A stretch of 64,000 bases of DNA from Chrysomallon squamiferum (Eukaryota; Animalia; Mollusca), in assembly GCA_012295275.1 (NCBI GenBank), contig CM022670.1, positions 41,602,001 through 41,666,000 on the forward strand, given 5' to 3'. Below, one piece after another: positions 15,812 to 29,484 of the stretch. Numbering within the stretch: position 1 is the first letter of the stretch; each line of letters starts with the position of its first letter. The position numbers and the translations under genes are program-made. Under the pieces are notes generated by a model. That model was not told the DNA's origin, did no database searches, and saw nothing but the letters and a program-made list of their open reading frames with translations.

Positions 15812-15844
<33 letters not shown>

Positions 15845-15954
15845 CATACATACATACATACATACATGCATACATACATGCATGCATGCATACACATACA
15901 TACATACATACATACATGCACGCACGCACGCACACACACACACACACACACACT

Positions 15955-15996
15955 GACTGGACTTTGTCCTCCTGCGCCAGTGCGTTTCCAAGTATT
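15955..15996 (+). mobile_element. Fragment of the same SINE body as 6930-7077
   Basis: gactggactttgtcctcctgcgccagtgcgtttcc closely matches the reverse complement of about 6935-6969. Confidence 0.6.
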
Positions 15997-16896
15997 GTCA
16001 CTGTGCAGAGTCTAATATTAGATACAAATAACACAACTTAGACTTCTCAGTCCTAAACACACATACAGAGACACACATACATAGACACTCATATATAAAC
16101 ACGTATAAAGACACACAAGATCTCACACACATACACAGAAAGAAGAATATATACACACATAGATATACACACATAGACATACACACATGCAAACACAAAC
16201 ATAAACAGACACAGGAACACATATAGCTACACACACTTACAAACAGATACACACACACACACACACAGAGAGAGTAACAGTTAAGTGTTTTTAAAAACAT
16301 CTGATTTCCGCAGTGTCGGAAAGGAAACAGTTTGATGTCAGCTGTTCACTTTATTCACTGTTTAAATGTGAGTCTACACAGCACGTGTTTGTTTATGTCT
16401 GAGTGGAAAACTACACTTTTCTTTTTCTCCTTCTTTTTCTTTCTGTCATTTCTGTTTGTTCTGTATCACACAGATACATATTGTATACACCTAACAACAC
16501 CAGACAAACAAATAAACAAAAATAAATAAAATGAATAAATGAATAAATGAATGAATGAATAAATAAATAAATAAGTAAAAAAAAAGGGAAGAAACGAAGA
16601 AAACCTCTTCCTAAAACGAGCGAGTGAAATGTAGGAAGACAGAAATGAAAAGAGAAAAGAATGGAAATAGTGAGCGAAGGAAGAAAGAGGCATAATAGAA
16701 TTTTAGAACTTTTTATTTCAAAACGTATTCTACTATTACTACTACTACAACTACTAATGACCATAACAATAGTAACAACAACAACAACAAGAATAATAGT
16801 TAAAAGAATAATAAATGAATAATAACAAAAGACAAAATCTGAAAATAAAAGCACTGAATCTAGTAACAAACAAGAAAAAGAAAATAACAACACAAA

Positions 16897-16935
<39 letters not shown>

Positions 16936-17434
16936 GATAACAGTAAAATTAAAATAAAATGATTAAAATTGAAAGGAAAATTAAAACTCGGACAAAAAGG
17001 GGGGAAGAAAATGAAACAAAATAAAATAAAACTAAATAAAGAAAAAAGAAAAAAAAAAAAAAAAAAGCAAAGGAAAAGATTATTACAATTTAAAAAGAAA
17101 AAAATATATTTGTTGCAAAATAAAAATGAAAAAAAGCTTATTTATCAATTTTTCGTGTGAAAAAGATAAATGAGAATAACCTGTATAAGAAAATATTTGA
17201 TGGTCTGTCGAGTTATCATCATTCTGAACAATTGTTTTAACAGATTTTATATCTGTTAAGATAAGTTTATCAAGATAAAACTTACAAACTATTTCACAGA
17301 AGCACGCCTGTTAAGTTTGTTGTAGACAGAAAGAAAAAGAAAAAAGATTTAATTGCGGTTGAAACATTAAAAGTGTTCTTGCGAAAAGAAAGCGTAAAAA
17401 TGTGTGAATCGCATTTTTTATACACCATCGATTT

Positions 17435-17481
<47 letters not shown>

Positions 17482-17794
17482 TATAATACAATAACAACAA
17501 CCACAATAGCAATAACAATAATAATAAAACATCACTGTACGAATCTTTTTAATTTGTTTGTCTGTTTCTGTCTGTTTATATCTTCCCATCCGTCTGTCTC
17601 TCTCTCTGTCTATCTGTCTGTCTGTCTCTGTCTATCATTATCTCTTTCATCTATCCTGTCTATCTATCTATCTATCTTTCTTTTCATTACATATTTTTAA
17701 CTTTCCTTTTTATTTACTTTCAGTCTGCCTTATCAGTGTCTAATCACTTTAAAACTGTAAGTACGCTGATTTCCGTGAATTCAAAACTTTTCAT

Positions 17795-18135
17795 TAAACA
17801 CGAATGTTTGCATGTTTTCCTGTACTTTGTTTGCATGTTTTCCTAACTTTACGAATTTTGCATGTTTTCCTGTAAGTTCGCAAACACGAATGTTTGCATG
17901 TTTTCAGTGATTCTAAACACGAATGTTTGCATGTTTTCCTGTAAGTACGCAAAACACGAATGTTTGCATGAATTAAAACAGTTCTCAAACACGAATGTTT
18001 GCATGTTTTCCTGTAAGTTCTCAAACACGAATGTTTGCATGTTTTCCTGTACGTTCTCAAACACGAATGTTTGCATGTTTTCCTGTACGTTCGCAAACAC
18101 GAATGTTTGCATGTTTTCCTGTAAGTTCGCAAACA
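17795..18135. repeat. 36-bp minisatellite (AAACACGAATGTTTGCATGTTTTCCTGTAAGTTCGC), about 9 copies
   Basis: Seen directly in the sequence. Confidence 0.9.
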
Positions 18136-18210
18136 AATTGACGAATACATGCAGATGTACACGAATACACGAACACACAAATATGTGTGTGTTTGTGTGT
18201 GTGTGTGTGT

Positions 18211-18254
<44 letters not shown>

Positions 18255-18864
18255 AACTGTAAAAATTTTGATGTTATGTAGAAAAATGTTATTGACTTAT
18301 TTAGATATATTTTGCTTATAACGATGACATTTCATCAGAATGGACAAAATAAAAATTAAAACTTGAACAGCATTTTTCGCAGCCGTGTTTTAACTTCAGA
18401 AATTCCCACACCCGTACAGCCTCTGATCATCGCGGAAGTTTTCAGATTTGAATCAGAGTTAATAATTTATTTACTTTTTACTTTCCTCATGTCGTGTCAC
18501 AGATGAAGTGTTCTAATTTATGTTCGTTTGTTGAACCCCGATGGCACGAAAAAACAATCATCTGAAAGTAGACCCCTAGACCTACTTTTGTCTACACTTC
18601 CTATTCTGTCAGGTTTTTTTTAGCCCTTAAAACAGGACAAAAACAAATGCTGAAATGTCATGCATTCGTACGAAGTCACGTTTCAAGAAACTTAAAGTCT
18701 GAAGTTCTTGTATTAAATAGTTTTTTAGTTTATTATGTGTCGATCAAAACCATACTAAAATGAGATAGATAAGAGAATAGACTGAAGGACAGACAGAAAG
18801 AGGAAGAGAGAGAAAAACAGCTAAAGACAACATTTGTCTTTATCTGTTTTTCTCTGTATTTCTC

Positions 18865-19075
<211 letters not shown>

Positions 19076-19351
19076 AGACAAGAAAATAGAGAAAACAGAG
19101 AACGAGAAAGAGAGAAAGAAACGAATGACAAAACAAAAGAGATGAAAAAAAAAGAGAGACGTATATGTCATACAGAAAATAAGAAAAATAAAGATGAGAA
19201 AGAAAATGAAACAAAACAAAATATGAAAGGTGAATGTTTATGTCAAGTTAGAAAAAAGGTTATTTGTCAAACAAGCATGAACTCATTTTTAAATAGACAG
19301 ACAGAAACAGACAAACTAATCCTAAATGTGCTGTAAGCGCTCGATTGCAGT

Positions 19352-19447
<96 letters not shown>

Positions 19448-20234
19448 TTAAAATAGATACATTTAATTAAAATAGTTTTTATATTGTCATCTTTAAAATT
19501 TATTTATTTATTTGTTTATTTATTTATATATTTATTTATTTATTTTCGTACTGAAAATACTGCTAGTAGATGTGGAATACAATATATCAAAGTTTAAGTA
19601 TGACAGATATTTAACACACAGTGGACGTATTATCAGGTATAAAATCACGACAAATACTTTTGTCACGACACGGGTCTGTATTTTAGTTATCACAAAACAA
19701 TCACAAGGAAGTAAAACATTTTTCTTTTTTCTTTTTTTTTAGCAAACCAAACAAATTAGAAACTCAACTTGAAACTCTCAAACCCTTGACCCTTGCATTC
19801 TCTCAAATATTGACATCTCTCCAGAAAACTATTCTGTTATGCAAACGTTTGATTTTGTTGTTTCTGAAAATGCTTTACTTGTTAAAAAATATGACTTATC
19901 TTCATCATCGTGGCTGCAGTAATAAAAGGGCGTGGTGGGTTGTACCAGTCTACTAGAGTCGAGACGAAGAGAAGTGTCTGTGATAATTTATTGTTTAATA
20001 ACTCTCTGTTACAACAGTCAGAAACGTAATGACCTTGAAATTATCAGTTCACCTTGTAGTCTTAAATTTTCTTTTAGTTTCACTTTTGTCTCGAAATCAT
20101 GACAAATATAAGTTAAAAAAAGAAAGTATTCAGTTCAGGTGCGTGCTACAGTTTGCTACATGTAAGAAGTCAGTAGCTGTTCTTAACTCAGAGTCTACAC
20201 GTCAATCAGCTCATTGCTGTAGTGGTTGTTGTAT

Positions 20235-20578
20235 CACTAACACTAACATACTGACACTAACATACTGACACTAACATACTGACACTAACATACTAACACT
20301 AACATACTGACACTAACATACTAACACTAACATACTGACACTAACATACTGACACTAACATATTTACACTAGCATACTGACACGAACACACTGACACTGA
20401 CATACTGACACTAACATACTGACACTAACATACTGACACTAATATACTGATAGTAACATACTGACAATAACATACTCACACTAATATGATGAACTAACAT
20501 GGCACTAACATAATGACACTAATATACTGACACTAACATACTAACACTAACATACTGACACTAACATTCTAACACTGT
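20235..20578. repeat. 14-bp minisatellite (GACACTAACATACT)n
   Basis: Seen directly; about 24 copies. Confidence 0.9.
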
Positions 20579-21540
20579 CACCGAGCCGAACTGTGGACAG
20601 TTTAACTAAGACAGTCGTGTGTCTGTTCATTCAAACAAGTCTAATCCTCTGTTATACAATCTGCTCTTGCTTAATCAGAAGTCGTATCTCCGAGAAGGTT
20701 TGTAACAGGAATTCTGTGGTGTTATCCAGTCAAGTATGTTCCCTCTGAACACTGCACATCGGATTGAGAAATAAATCAAACTATGTATGTATATATATAT
20801 ATATATATATATATTTCAATGTCTTTTAGTGTTGATGAAAAAAATGAACAGATGATAGAACAATTAGATTATTTTGTTAGAGCGATGTTTTTGAAGAAAT
20901 GTCAAAGAGACATCGACAAAACTATAATCAGTAGTTGTGTTCTTAAAAAAATCACGTTGTGTGAAATCTGAATTATCCCTGAGTCTAGTAAAACAATACA
21001 CGCGAGAGAAAAACGCTGAACAAAGAAAACATCTTCATATTTTTAAATGTTTTTTTTTTTTTTATTCTTAAATTTGTAGTTTTTCCCACCAGTCCTAGTG
21101 AGAATGGAAAACATCTGTGTCTTCTGAAGTAATAATTAAACTTCACCAAGGTGAAGGTCACGTGTTCCGCGCTCCACCTACCGGCGTCAGTGACAGTCCC
21201 TGAAGAGTTATCTTAATGCACGCTGTCAGCATGTTAGACTCACGCGCTCACCACACGCAGACGATGTTTGCAAGACGTCACGTAACATCGTTCACGTTGT
21301 TGTTGACGATACACACATTTTCAAAAAGAGGAGAACAAACAAACTTCACTCGCCACCTATCTCTGTTTTTTGTCTCTCACGTCATTTTGTAACTTAAGTC
21401 CCCTTTTTCTTCTTTCTTGGATCATCTCCTCCTGAATGTGTCAGTTTGTGTTTGTGTATTTGTGTGTATGTGTTTGTGTGTGTTCGTTTGTTTGGTTTAG
21501 TTTTGGTTCAATGTTAGTGTTTATGTGTGAGAAACACAGA

Positions 21541-21616
<76 letters not shown>

Positions 21617-22794
21617 CGGAAGATGGGATTATGTAACTGAATTATCTGTAATCAGATTAGTATTTTAATACCAGTCATTATTTATTCATCTTCTTATGTA
21701 AACCAATTGTTTTTTTGGTTTAATGTATTTGTATTAAATACATATTCATTACAAAATGAAATATACAAACACTCATTTGCAGCTTTACATTATAATTATG
21801 AATAATAAAACTCATACACTGACATGACGAAAATAATAAACGAGTTTATCGTGATACAACAACTTTACCAGGTCAGATACAAAAGTACTACAACTCTGAC
21901 GTCGTCCTCTTGTTTTAATTTTTTAATAATGACCTTCGCAACATGATCTGAGTTTCATTCTCCTAAGAAATCTATCACGAAAATAGTCGAATTCTAACGA
22001 CTGAATATCGGAATATTAAGACTGCAATTTTCTCCGAGTAGGTTTTTGGTGGAGATAACTCAGTGTGGACAGCTTGTTTCGAGTATATTTATCAGATCAA
22101 TGAGCAAAACAAAGATTAATGGTTGATTTTAAATACGTATGTTTGTTCGGACGTCCTCCGATTAACGACGGAGATAGACGAATGTATACAGTAATTTGAA
22201 CGCGGGTTAATGACGGAGATAACCGAGTAGGAACGATTTCCTGATACACGAAAACAATCTATGTTGCACGACATAGTAAACACCGTGTTACGTAGATGTC
22301 CATGGTAACATTTGGCGAACACATTTCATATAAACAGTGAGAAAGCACAGGTTATAGTTTGTACATGTTTGTCTGCTGGATTATTTTAAATAACATTTAA
22401 TATTGCTTTTAATAATAATAATAATAATAATAATGATATCATCATCATCATCATCATTATCATCATTATCATTACTGTTATTATTATTATTGTTTTTAAA
22501 ACGAAAAAAAGACACCAAAAATGAATAAAAAAAAATAAAAAAAATAAAAAAATGACTGAATTAAAAAAGTAAAATTAGAATAATAATAGAAATCATTTAA
22601 CACGAGACTTATTTTAATTCACGCAAACCAATGATTAAAGCGATTTCATCTTTTTTAACATTTTGTAAAAAAGCGTGAACGCAAATTAGTATTTTAGAAT
22701 ATTTTGTAACTGGAAACCAATCTTTGCTAAAATAAAGCATGCGTTTTCTATTTTTGCATAATAATGACGTCATATCGTTCACTCATTCTTTCTT

Positions 22795-23090
22795 GTTTAC
22801 TTTTACATTTCTCTGTCAGATTATTTTTTTATTTCTCTGTCAGATTGCTTTTTACATTTTTCTGCAGGTTAGCGCTTTTATAATTCTGTATCAGATTACT
22901 TTTCTTTCTTTTTTTAAAACTTTTTTCTGTCAGATAACATTTTTATTTTTTACATTTCTCTGTCAGTTTAGCTTTTATATTTCTCTGTCATATTTATTTT
23001 ACATTTCTCTGTCAGATTACTGTTTTTATATTTCTCTGTCAGATTTATTTTACATTTCTCTGTCAGATTACTGTTTTTATATTTCTCTCC
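22795..23090. repeat. Degenerate minisatellite of about 25-29 bp (TTTACATTTCTCTGTCAGATT)
   Basis: Recurring TTTCTCTGTCAG core. Confidence 0.8.
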
Positions 23091-23354
23091 TTTATCAACT
23101 ACTAGCATCGCGTCTAGTTGGACTATTCATATTTCGTAATTAGCAAAAGTATTTATCTCTTCAGTGTCGATTAGTATGACAACACTTTCCAGATATGTTG
23201 ATATTGTTTTTATAATTTTCGAATAAGAAAATAAATTAATTCGCTTCTTATAAATTTAAAATTAAATTTGATTTATGTTTTTAGAACGTCAAAACTGATT
23301 GTATCTGTGTATGTCATATCTGTTTTTCTATGTCTGTGTAATATACGTGTTTTG

Positions 23355-23650
<296 letters not shown>

Positions 23651-23759
23651 GACTTGTACATAATTATGTATTTACACGCAGCAGGCCGCTATCTTCACCT
23701 ATCGCTTGTCACCGTCATGTGACACAATTTGCATACAGCCTTATCGGGACACGAAGTCG

Positions 23760-23855
23760 GCTTCTGATTGGCTGCAGGGCTGGAGTGTCTCGCGCTGACC
23801 GCAGACGTTCGTTCTATAAATGACAGTCGTCTGTTGATATCCAATGTCGCAGTGC
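23760..23855 (+). promoter_or_regulatory. Putative SoxF core promoter (inverted CCAAT box, TATA box, Inr-like)
   Basis: CTGATTGGC near 23764, TATAAA at 23815-23820 and TCGCAGT about 30 nt downstream, within a CpG-rich patch about 200 nt upstream of the SoxF ATG. Confidence 0.55.
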
Positions 23856-24036
23856 GCGAGCGCTCAGTCCCGGCTTGCATCTCGGGTTTCACGGATCGCG
23901 AGCTGTTCTTCGCCTCGGATTAAATCTACGTCATCAGCTGATTTCGGACAGCAGCACGTCTTCCACTCTCGCTGTGTCTGACTGACTAACAGACAGACAG
24001 GATGTTGCAGACTGTCCCGCACAACAACGTAGACCC

Positions 24037-24322
24037 ATGCTTGGCATGATCCCCCACGGGGGCCACACCGTTCTGCCACGCTTGCAGCAGCATCAGCATC
24101 AGCAACATCATCAGCAGCAACAGTACCAGTACGACTGGACGAAGTACATTTGTCCGGAGAGCACGGAGCACGAAGACAAGTACGAGCAGAGCGCGGAGAG
24201 GCGCAAAGAGCAGAGGATTCGCAGGCCGATGAACGCGTTCATGGTGTGGGCCAAAGTTGAGAGGAAGAAACTGGCCGACGAAAACCCCGACATCCACAAC
24301 GCGGACCTCAGCAAGATACTGG
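24037..24322 (+). CDS. SoxF: SoxF (Sox7/17/18-like) exon 1: Q/H-rich N-terminus and first half of the HMG box
   Basis: Encodes [39 protein letters not shown]. Phase-1 donor G|GTAAGC lies at the intron position typical of SoxF genes (LG|K). The exact start codon is uncertain. Confidence 0.93.
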
Positions 24323-24408
24323 GTAAGCGAACTTCTCAGATTTAAAAATATTGGGTAAACGAATTTATAAATACTGGGTAAGCGAAATACTGTGATTCAA
24401 AAATCATT

Positions 24409-24441
<33 letters not shown>

Positions 24442-24575
24442 AAATTAAAATTTAAAATCAGAGATTTATAAGAATACTGGGCAAGCTAAATACTGAAATT
24501 TGTTAATATTAGGTAACGGAAGAACTGAAATGTATAAAATACTGGGAAAAGGAAATCCTGACATTTATAAACACT
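24314..24575 (+). repeat. Decaying tandem copies (about 25-33 bp) of the SoxF exon 1/intron 1 junction
   Basis: ATACTGGGTAAGCGAA at 24316 is exactly repeated at 24371. Diverged copies occur near 24347, 24403, 24473, 24505 and 24538. Confidence 0.8.
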
Positions 24576-24653
24576 CTTCTGTTTTAATTTCCTTCATTGT
24601 GATATCACCTTCAACAAAATCTTTTCTTTAGCTTTTCTAATCTATTTCATTAC

Positions 24654-24726
<73 letters not shown>

Positions 24727-25095
24727 GTTATTATTATTATTATTGCTGTTGTTGTTGTTCCTTCTCCTCTTCTCTTTTTTCTTCTTCTTGATTATCTTTT
24801 TAACATAAGTATAATTTGTTTGTTCTTATTAAATTAAACATAGGTTGAACTCATAATGTATGTTTAATATATTTTTTAACTGGAAATAAAAATAAATACC
24901 AATCGGTGTACTATTACTACTACTCCTACTACTATAATAATAACAGCAGTATTAATAATAATAATAATAAGAAGAACAGTTGTAATAACAATAATAATAA
25001 TAACTAATAATAATAATAAATATTAATAACAGTAGTAATAATTATAGTAACAATAGTAATAATAATAACTAATAATAATAATAATAATAACGGTA

Positions 25096-25135
<40 letters not shown>

Positions 25136-25444
25136 AGTAGTAATAATAACAGTAGTAGTAAAACTAAAATAATAACAGTAATAATAATAATAACGTTACT
25201 GTTGACAGTTCATGATAATAATAATAATAACAACAAGAAAAACAACGTCATCAACATTAGCTAAAACAATAATAACAATTTAATTCTTGATATAACTTTT
25301 ATTTGAACGTAACTTAACTGAAAATAATTTAAAGAAAAGAAAAGCAAAATATAAACCAAATATTATTAAAATGTTTGATCTTATTACTATATCACAAACT
25401 ATACATATATGTATAATTATAATTTTTAATAGTAATCCCCCCTC

Positions 25445-25567
<123 letters not shown>

Positions 25568-26030
25568 ACACATGCACATACACACAGACAGACAGACAAG
25601 TACTTTGTGTATTACAACAAAGAAAAATTAAAAACTAAGTTTGATGATTTTTGGTATGTGTGCTTTAACGTATAAATAACTAATTATACACTTTCAGAAA
25701 TGTACATATTCCGTGTATTTATTTTATGAGAGAAGTAATAATTGATTAATTTACTGTTAATTAGTGAAATAAAACACAACACAGAATATAATGGATAAAT
25801 AATTATTTCAAAACAATATAATATAATATAATATAATATAATATAATATAATATAATATACTATAATATAATAATAATGTAATGTAATATAATACAATAG
25901 CATAGCATGGCACATCATAGCATAGTGTAGTATAGTATAGTATAGTGTAATATAATAGTATAATGTAATGCAATATGATAGAGTATAATGTAATGCAATA
26001 TTTATTTATCTATCTATCTATCTATCTGTG

Positions 26031-26073
<43 letters not shown>

Positions 26074-26745
26074 ATATATATTATTTATTTTATTATTATT
26101 ATTTATTTATTATTATTGTTGTTTTTATTTTTTTTTTTTTTTTTTTTTTTTTTATTTTTTTTTTTTTTTTTTTATTTTATATTGTTTATACACTAAAGTG
26201 TAACGAAATATTGCACAGTATTTTATCACATTGTTTCACGTGACGCTGTGACATATTTCACAACATACGGGCAGGCATGACATAACAACAACAATAACAA
26301 AACCGTGATATTTTTATGTCGCACTATTTTTTTATTTTCCTTTCAACGTGGCGAGTCATCGTTATCCGCGGAATTAGCTGAAACCATTCTGAAACCCAAT
26401 ATTAAAACCTCGTGGCTCACACACACATGTAAACACACACCCTGACCCGGACCACTCCATGTCACTCGAGCCGATACCGGGTTTTCGCCGTGCAGGCCAC
26501 TTGTTGCTGTTTTTTTCAACAACCACCGTTAAATGCACGGCTCCGGCAGAACAGTCAGCCGGGACGGCGCGGTTTTTACAGAAAAACGTCTGCGTTTGAT
26601 TTCCACGCATTTCAGTTTGTCGTGCGAATTACTTTAGTGTTAAATTTAAAACATTTCTCTCCCCCAGCCCAGACAGCTGACGGCGTACATTAATTAACTA
26701 CATAGCCGGGAATTAATAAGATGGTGTACGATCGAGTAGTTGCTT

Positions 26746-26820
<75 letters not shown>

Positions 26821-27042
26821 TTATATTTATTATTATTGTTATTATTATTATAATATATTATATATTATTATTGTTATTGTTATTATTGCTGTTGTTGTTA
26901 TTATTATTATTATTGGTTAATGTTTTTTTTTTTTTTTTTTTCTGTTCAGTAATATAGTCAGAGGTAATTTGAAATATATTTTACATATCGGATATTATAT
27001 ATATATATATATATATATAACGAAATGTTTGTTATTTTGTAG

Positions 27043-27491
27043 GAAAACACTGGAAGAATCTTCGCGTGGAAGAGAAGCGGCCATTTGTAGAGGAAGCGGA
27101 GAGACTTCGCGTTCAGCTGCTTGTCGATCACCCGGATTACAAATATCGGCCTCGAAGACGGAAACACCCGAAGCGCATTTGCAAGAGAGCGTCTGGTCTT
27201 TCGCCTCATCACGACGCCAGAAACGACATGTCTTCGGCAAAAATCGGCGATTCAAGATCTCAGCAAGCAAATACTTCGTCTGCTGCTACGTCACACGGTT
27301 TCCATGGATCCCCGAACAGTGCTGCAAGTCTGACTGCGCCTATCTTGTCCAATCTCCTCAACACTCCCGAATCGTCGCCACCCTCCAGTCCCGACAGCAA
27401 CGACAGCAAACCACGTAACCACGTCAGGAACGTCAGCAAGAGACGACAACAAACTGATGCACATGTACTACGAGGACGTTATCAATTCTAA
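27043..27491 (+). CDS. SoxF: SoxF exon 2, 5' part: second half of the HMG box and Ser/Pro-rich linker; this frame stops at TAA 27489-27491
   Basis: ttttgtag|GA AAA CAC TGG gives [41 protein letters not shown] in frame with exon 1, followed by LNTPESSP. Confidence 0.92.
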
Positions 27492-28227
27492 CGGATTACT
27501 GACTCCGGACAGGTCGCCGATGGACGCGGGGGAGAGCGTGTTTAAGTTCCCCCCCCAGCCTTGCAGCGACGACATCTTAAAACCAGAGAACAACGTGAAA
27601 ACGTCGTCTTCGTACTCAGAGCTGCTGAGGAAATTCAGCAACGGCAACGTCAGTTTGTTTGGACGTTTCGGCAGCAACTACACCCCGACCCCGACCAGCA
27701 TCAACTTGTCGTCGTCGTCGGACAACCTCGTCACGCTGAGAAAGCTCGTCAGTCAGACGAGCACCTCCGTCGTCAGCTACTACAACAGCCGCCCGAAGTC
27801 GTCTGCCACGTCGCAGCACGAGCCGCCTCCGCTGCGCCACATTGGACAGAAGGCGCCGCACGCGCCGCACGCGCCCCACACGAGCTGCTTCGCGTCGGAG
27901 GGCGCCAGCATGGCGGAGGGAGATATTCTGGAGAAGTTTTCCGAGGTGGAGAGGCTGGCCGAGGTGGACAGAAGCGAGTTCGACCAGTACCTGTACGGGG
28001 CGCCTAGCAACAACAGTTCACCTTTCACCGGCTTCACCAGCTACCCGTCCTCTGGCTTCTCCGGCCACAGTTTGGACCTGGGCCAGATCGAGCTGAAACC
28101 CAGTTTAGATAACTCTTGTTCCAGTCAGCCGGAAGTCGTCTGCAATCTGGATGACGGTTACTCATCGTACGCTTACGACTTCGGTGCATGCATCGTGTCC
28201 GCCTTAACCACGTCAGCCTCGTTTTAG
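27457..28227 (+). CDS. SoxF: SoxF exon 2, 3' part in the +1 frame: C-terminal transactivation region
   Basis: GC-rich ORF containing LLTPDRSP and [11 protein letters not shown], the SoxF DxxEFxQYL motif. The frame is open from 27334, so it joins the HMG frame via a frameshift. The joined protein is about 490 aa. Confidence 0.88.
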   Translation: MHMYYEDVINSNGLLTPDRSPMDAGESVFKFPPQPCSDDILKPENNVKTSSSYSELLRKFSNGNVSLFGRFGSNYTPTPTSINLSSSSDNLVTLRKLVSQTSTSVVSYYNSRPKSSATSQHEPPPLRHIGQKAPHAPHAPHTSCFASEGASMAEGDILEKFSEVERLAEVDRSEFDQYLYGAPSNNSSPFTGFTSYPSSGFSGHSLDLGQIELKPSLDNSCSSQPEVVCNLDDGYSSYAYDFGACIVSALTTSASF

Positions 28228-29138
28228 GTGTCGCCGCTAGAGAGATTTTTTTTAAATTATTAGGAAAGACATCGAATGGAATTCGAGGACAGTTTGTTGA
28301 ACGAGGGTGTCAAAGGTTTTGTTTAAACTTTGATATACTTCACCCCGTCTTCCACAGAATAAAGCGATCACAACTTACCCTAAAATATAAGTTTTGAAAT
28401 ATTACATTTGAAGGAAAGTTTTCATCCCACGACGGAAAGTCATTGACCACGTTAATCAAAACTGTTGTTAGTACAGCGAGGAAAGACTGAAAAAACAAGA
28501 AAGAAAGAAAAAAAAAAAAAAAACAGAGAGACAGAGCAACAAAATGTGGAGGCCGATGTTTTCCGAACAAAGCCGAAATGTGCCAAAACAATTACGAAAA
28601 GTTCCGAACAGTAATCGCCGATTCTGAAGAAATTAATAACGTTTTGTTGTGCTGTACTTGGCAGTTGCGGAATCAGAGTCGCGGAGATGGTGGTTTATGT
28701 TTTCCCTGATAAACTGAGGAATGTTATCAATGTTTTGTGTGTCGGCAAATTTAATTTGGAGATGTAGAATTTTCGCGGGGTTAATTGTTAGACAACACAG
28801 AAAATGTTTTAAATAACAGAACGTCTCTCTGTTCGCGATCTCAGTGCACTTAACACGGGCGGAACCAGGGTGGGGAAAACACACAACAGGGAGGGTGAGG
28901 GCAGAGAAAGGAAAAAACCGAGTAGGGTGCTAGGCTAACGAGAGAGAATTAGAGAGAAGAAAAAAGTAGAAGAGGGCAGAGAAAGAGTTGGTGGCCAGGG
29001 TTTGAGATAAAAGTGAGCACACTTGACGGAAAGGCAGATTAATACACAGGCAATCTTCAATAGGGCAGATGTACACGAAAAAGGGCAAGATCTGGGAGGC
29101 AGGGAGGATAAAGAAGGTGGGGATGAGTGAAACAGCTA

Positions 29139-29232
29139 GGTCGGAAACATGGGGGTTGGAAACAGGTGGTCGGAAACAGGGGGTCGGAAACAGGGGTTGG
29201 AAACAGGTGGTCGGAAACAGGGGGGTTGGAAG
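29139..29232. repeat. 14-15-bp G-rich tandem repeat (GGTCGGAAACAGGGG)
   Basis: About 6 copies seen directly. Confidence 0.8.
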
Positions 29233-29358
29233 GACAGTATGAAGAAAGGGCCAGTAGATAAATGAGCACAAGAACAACAGGACAAGTTCTCTAGTTGTTA
29301 ACGCGCAGTTCTCAGGCCAGTCAAAAGTTTGAAAGGCCTTTACTTTGTTTTATAGACG

Positions 29359-29390
<32 letters not shown>

Positions 29391-29484
29391 TAAAGTATAT
29401 ATTTTAAAATGTGCATTTTGACCAGAAATTAAATTTAAATCACGATTACGAAGTGATTTTTGTTTATGGTCTCATATGAGTGTC

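Noticed and set aside
17794-18281. Cys-rich repeat ORFs (CKHSCLRTYRKT)n resembling zinc-finger or metallothionein proteins
   Set aside because: They arise from a 36-bp minisatellite that is open in several frames on both strands.
27415-27436. 13- or 22-nt GT-AG micro-intron repairing the SoxF frame
   Set aside because: Far below normal metazoan intron size and lacking a pyrimidine tract; an indel error is more parsimonious.
27468-28096. Overlapping and antisense ORFs within SoxF exon 2
   Set aside because: Expected shadow ORFs of a GC-rich coding exon.
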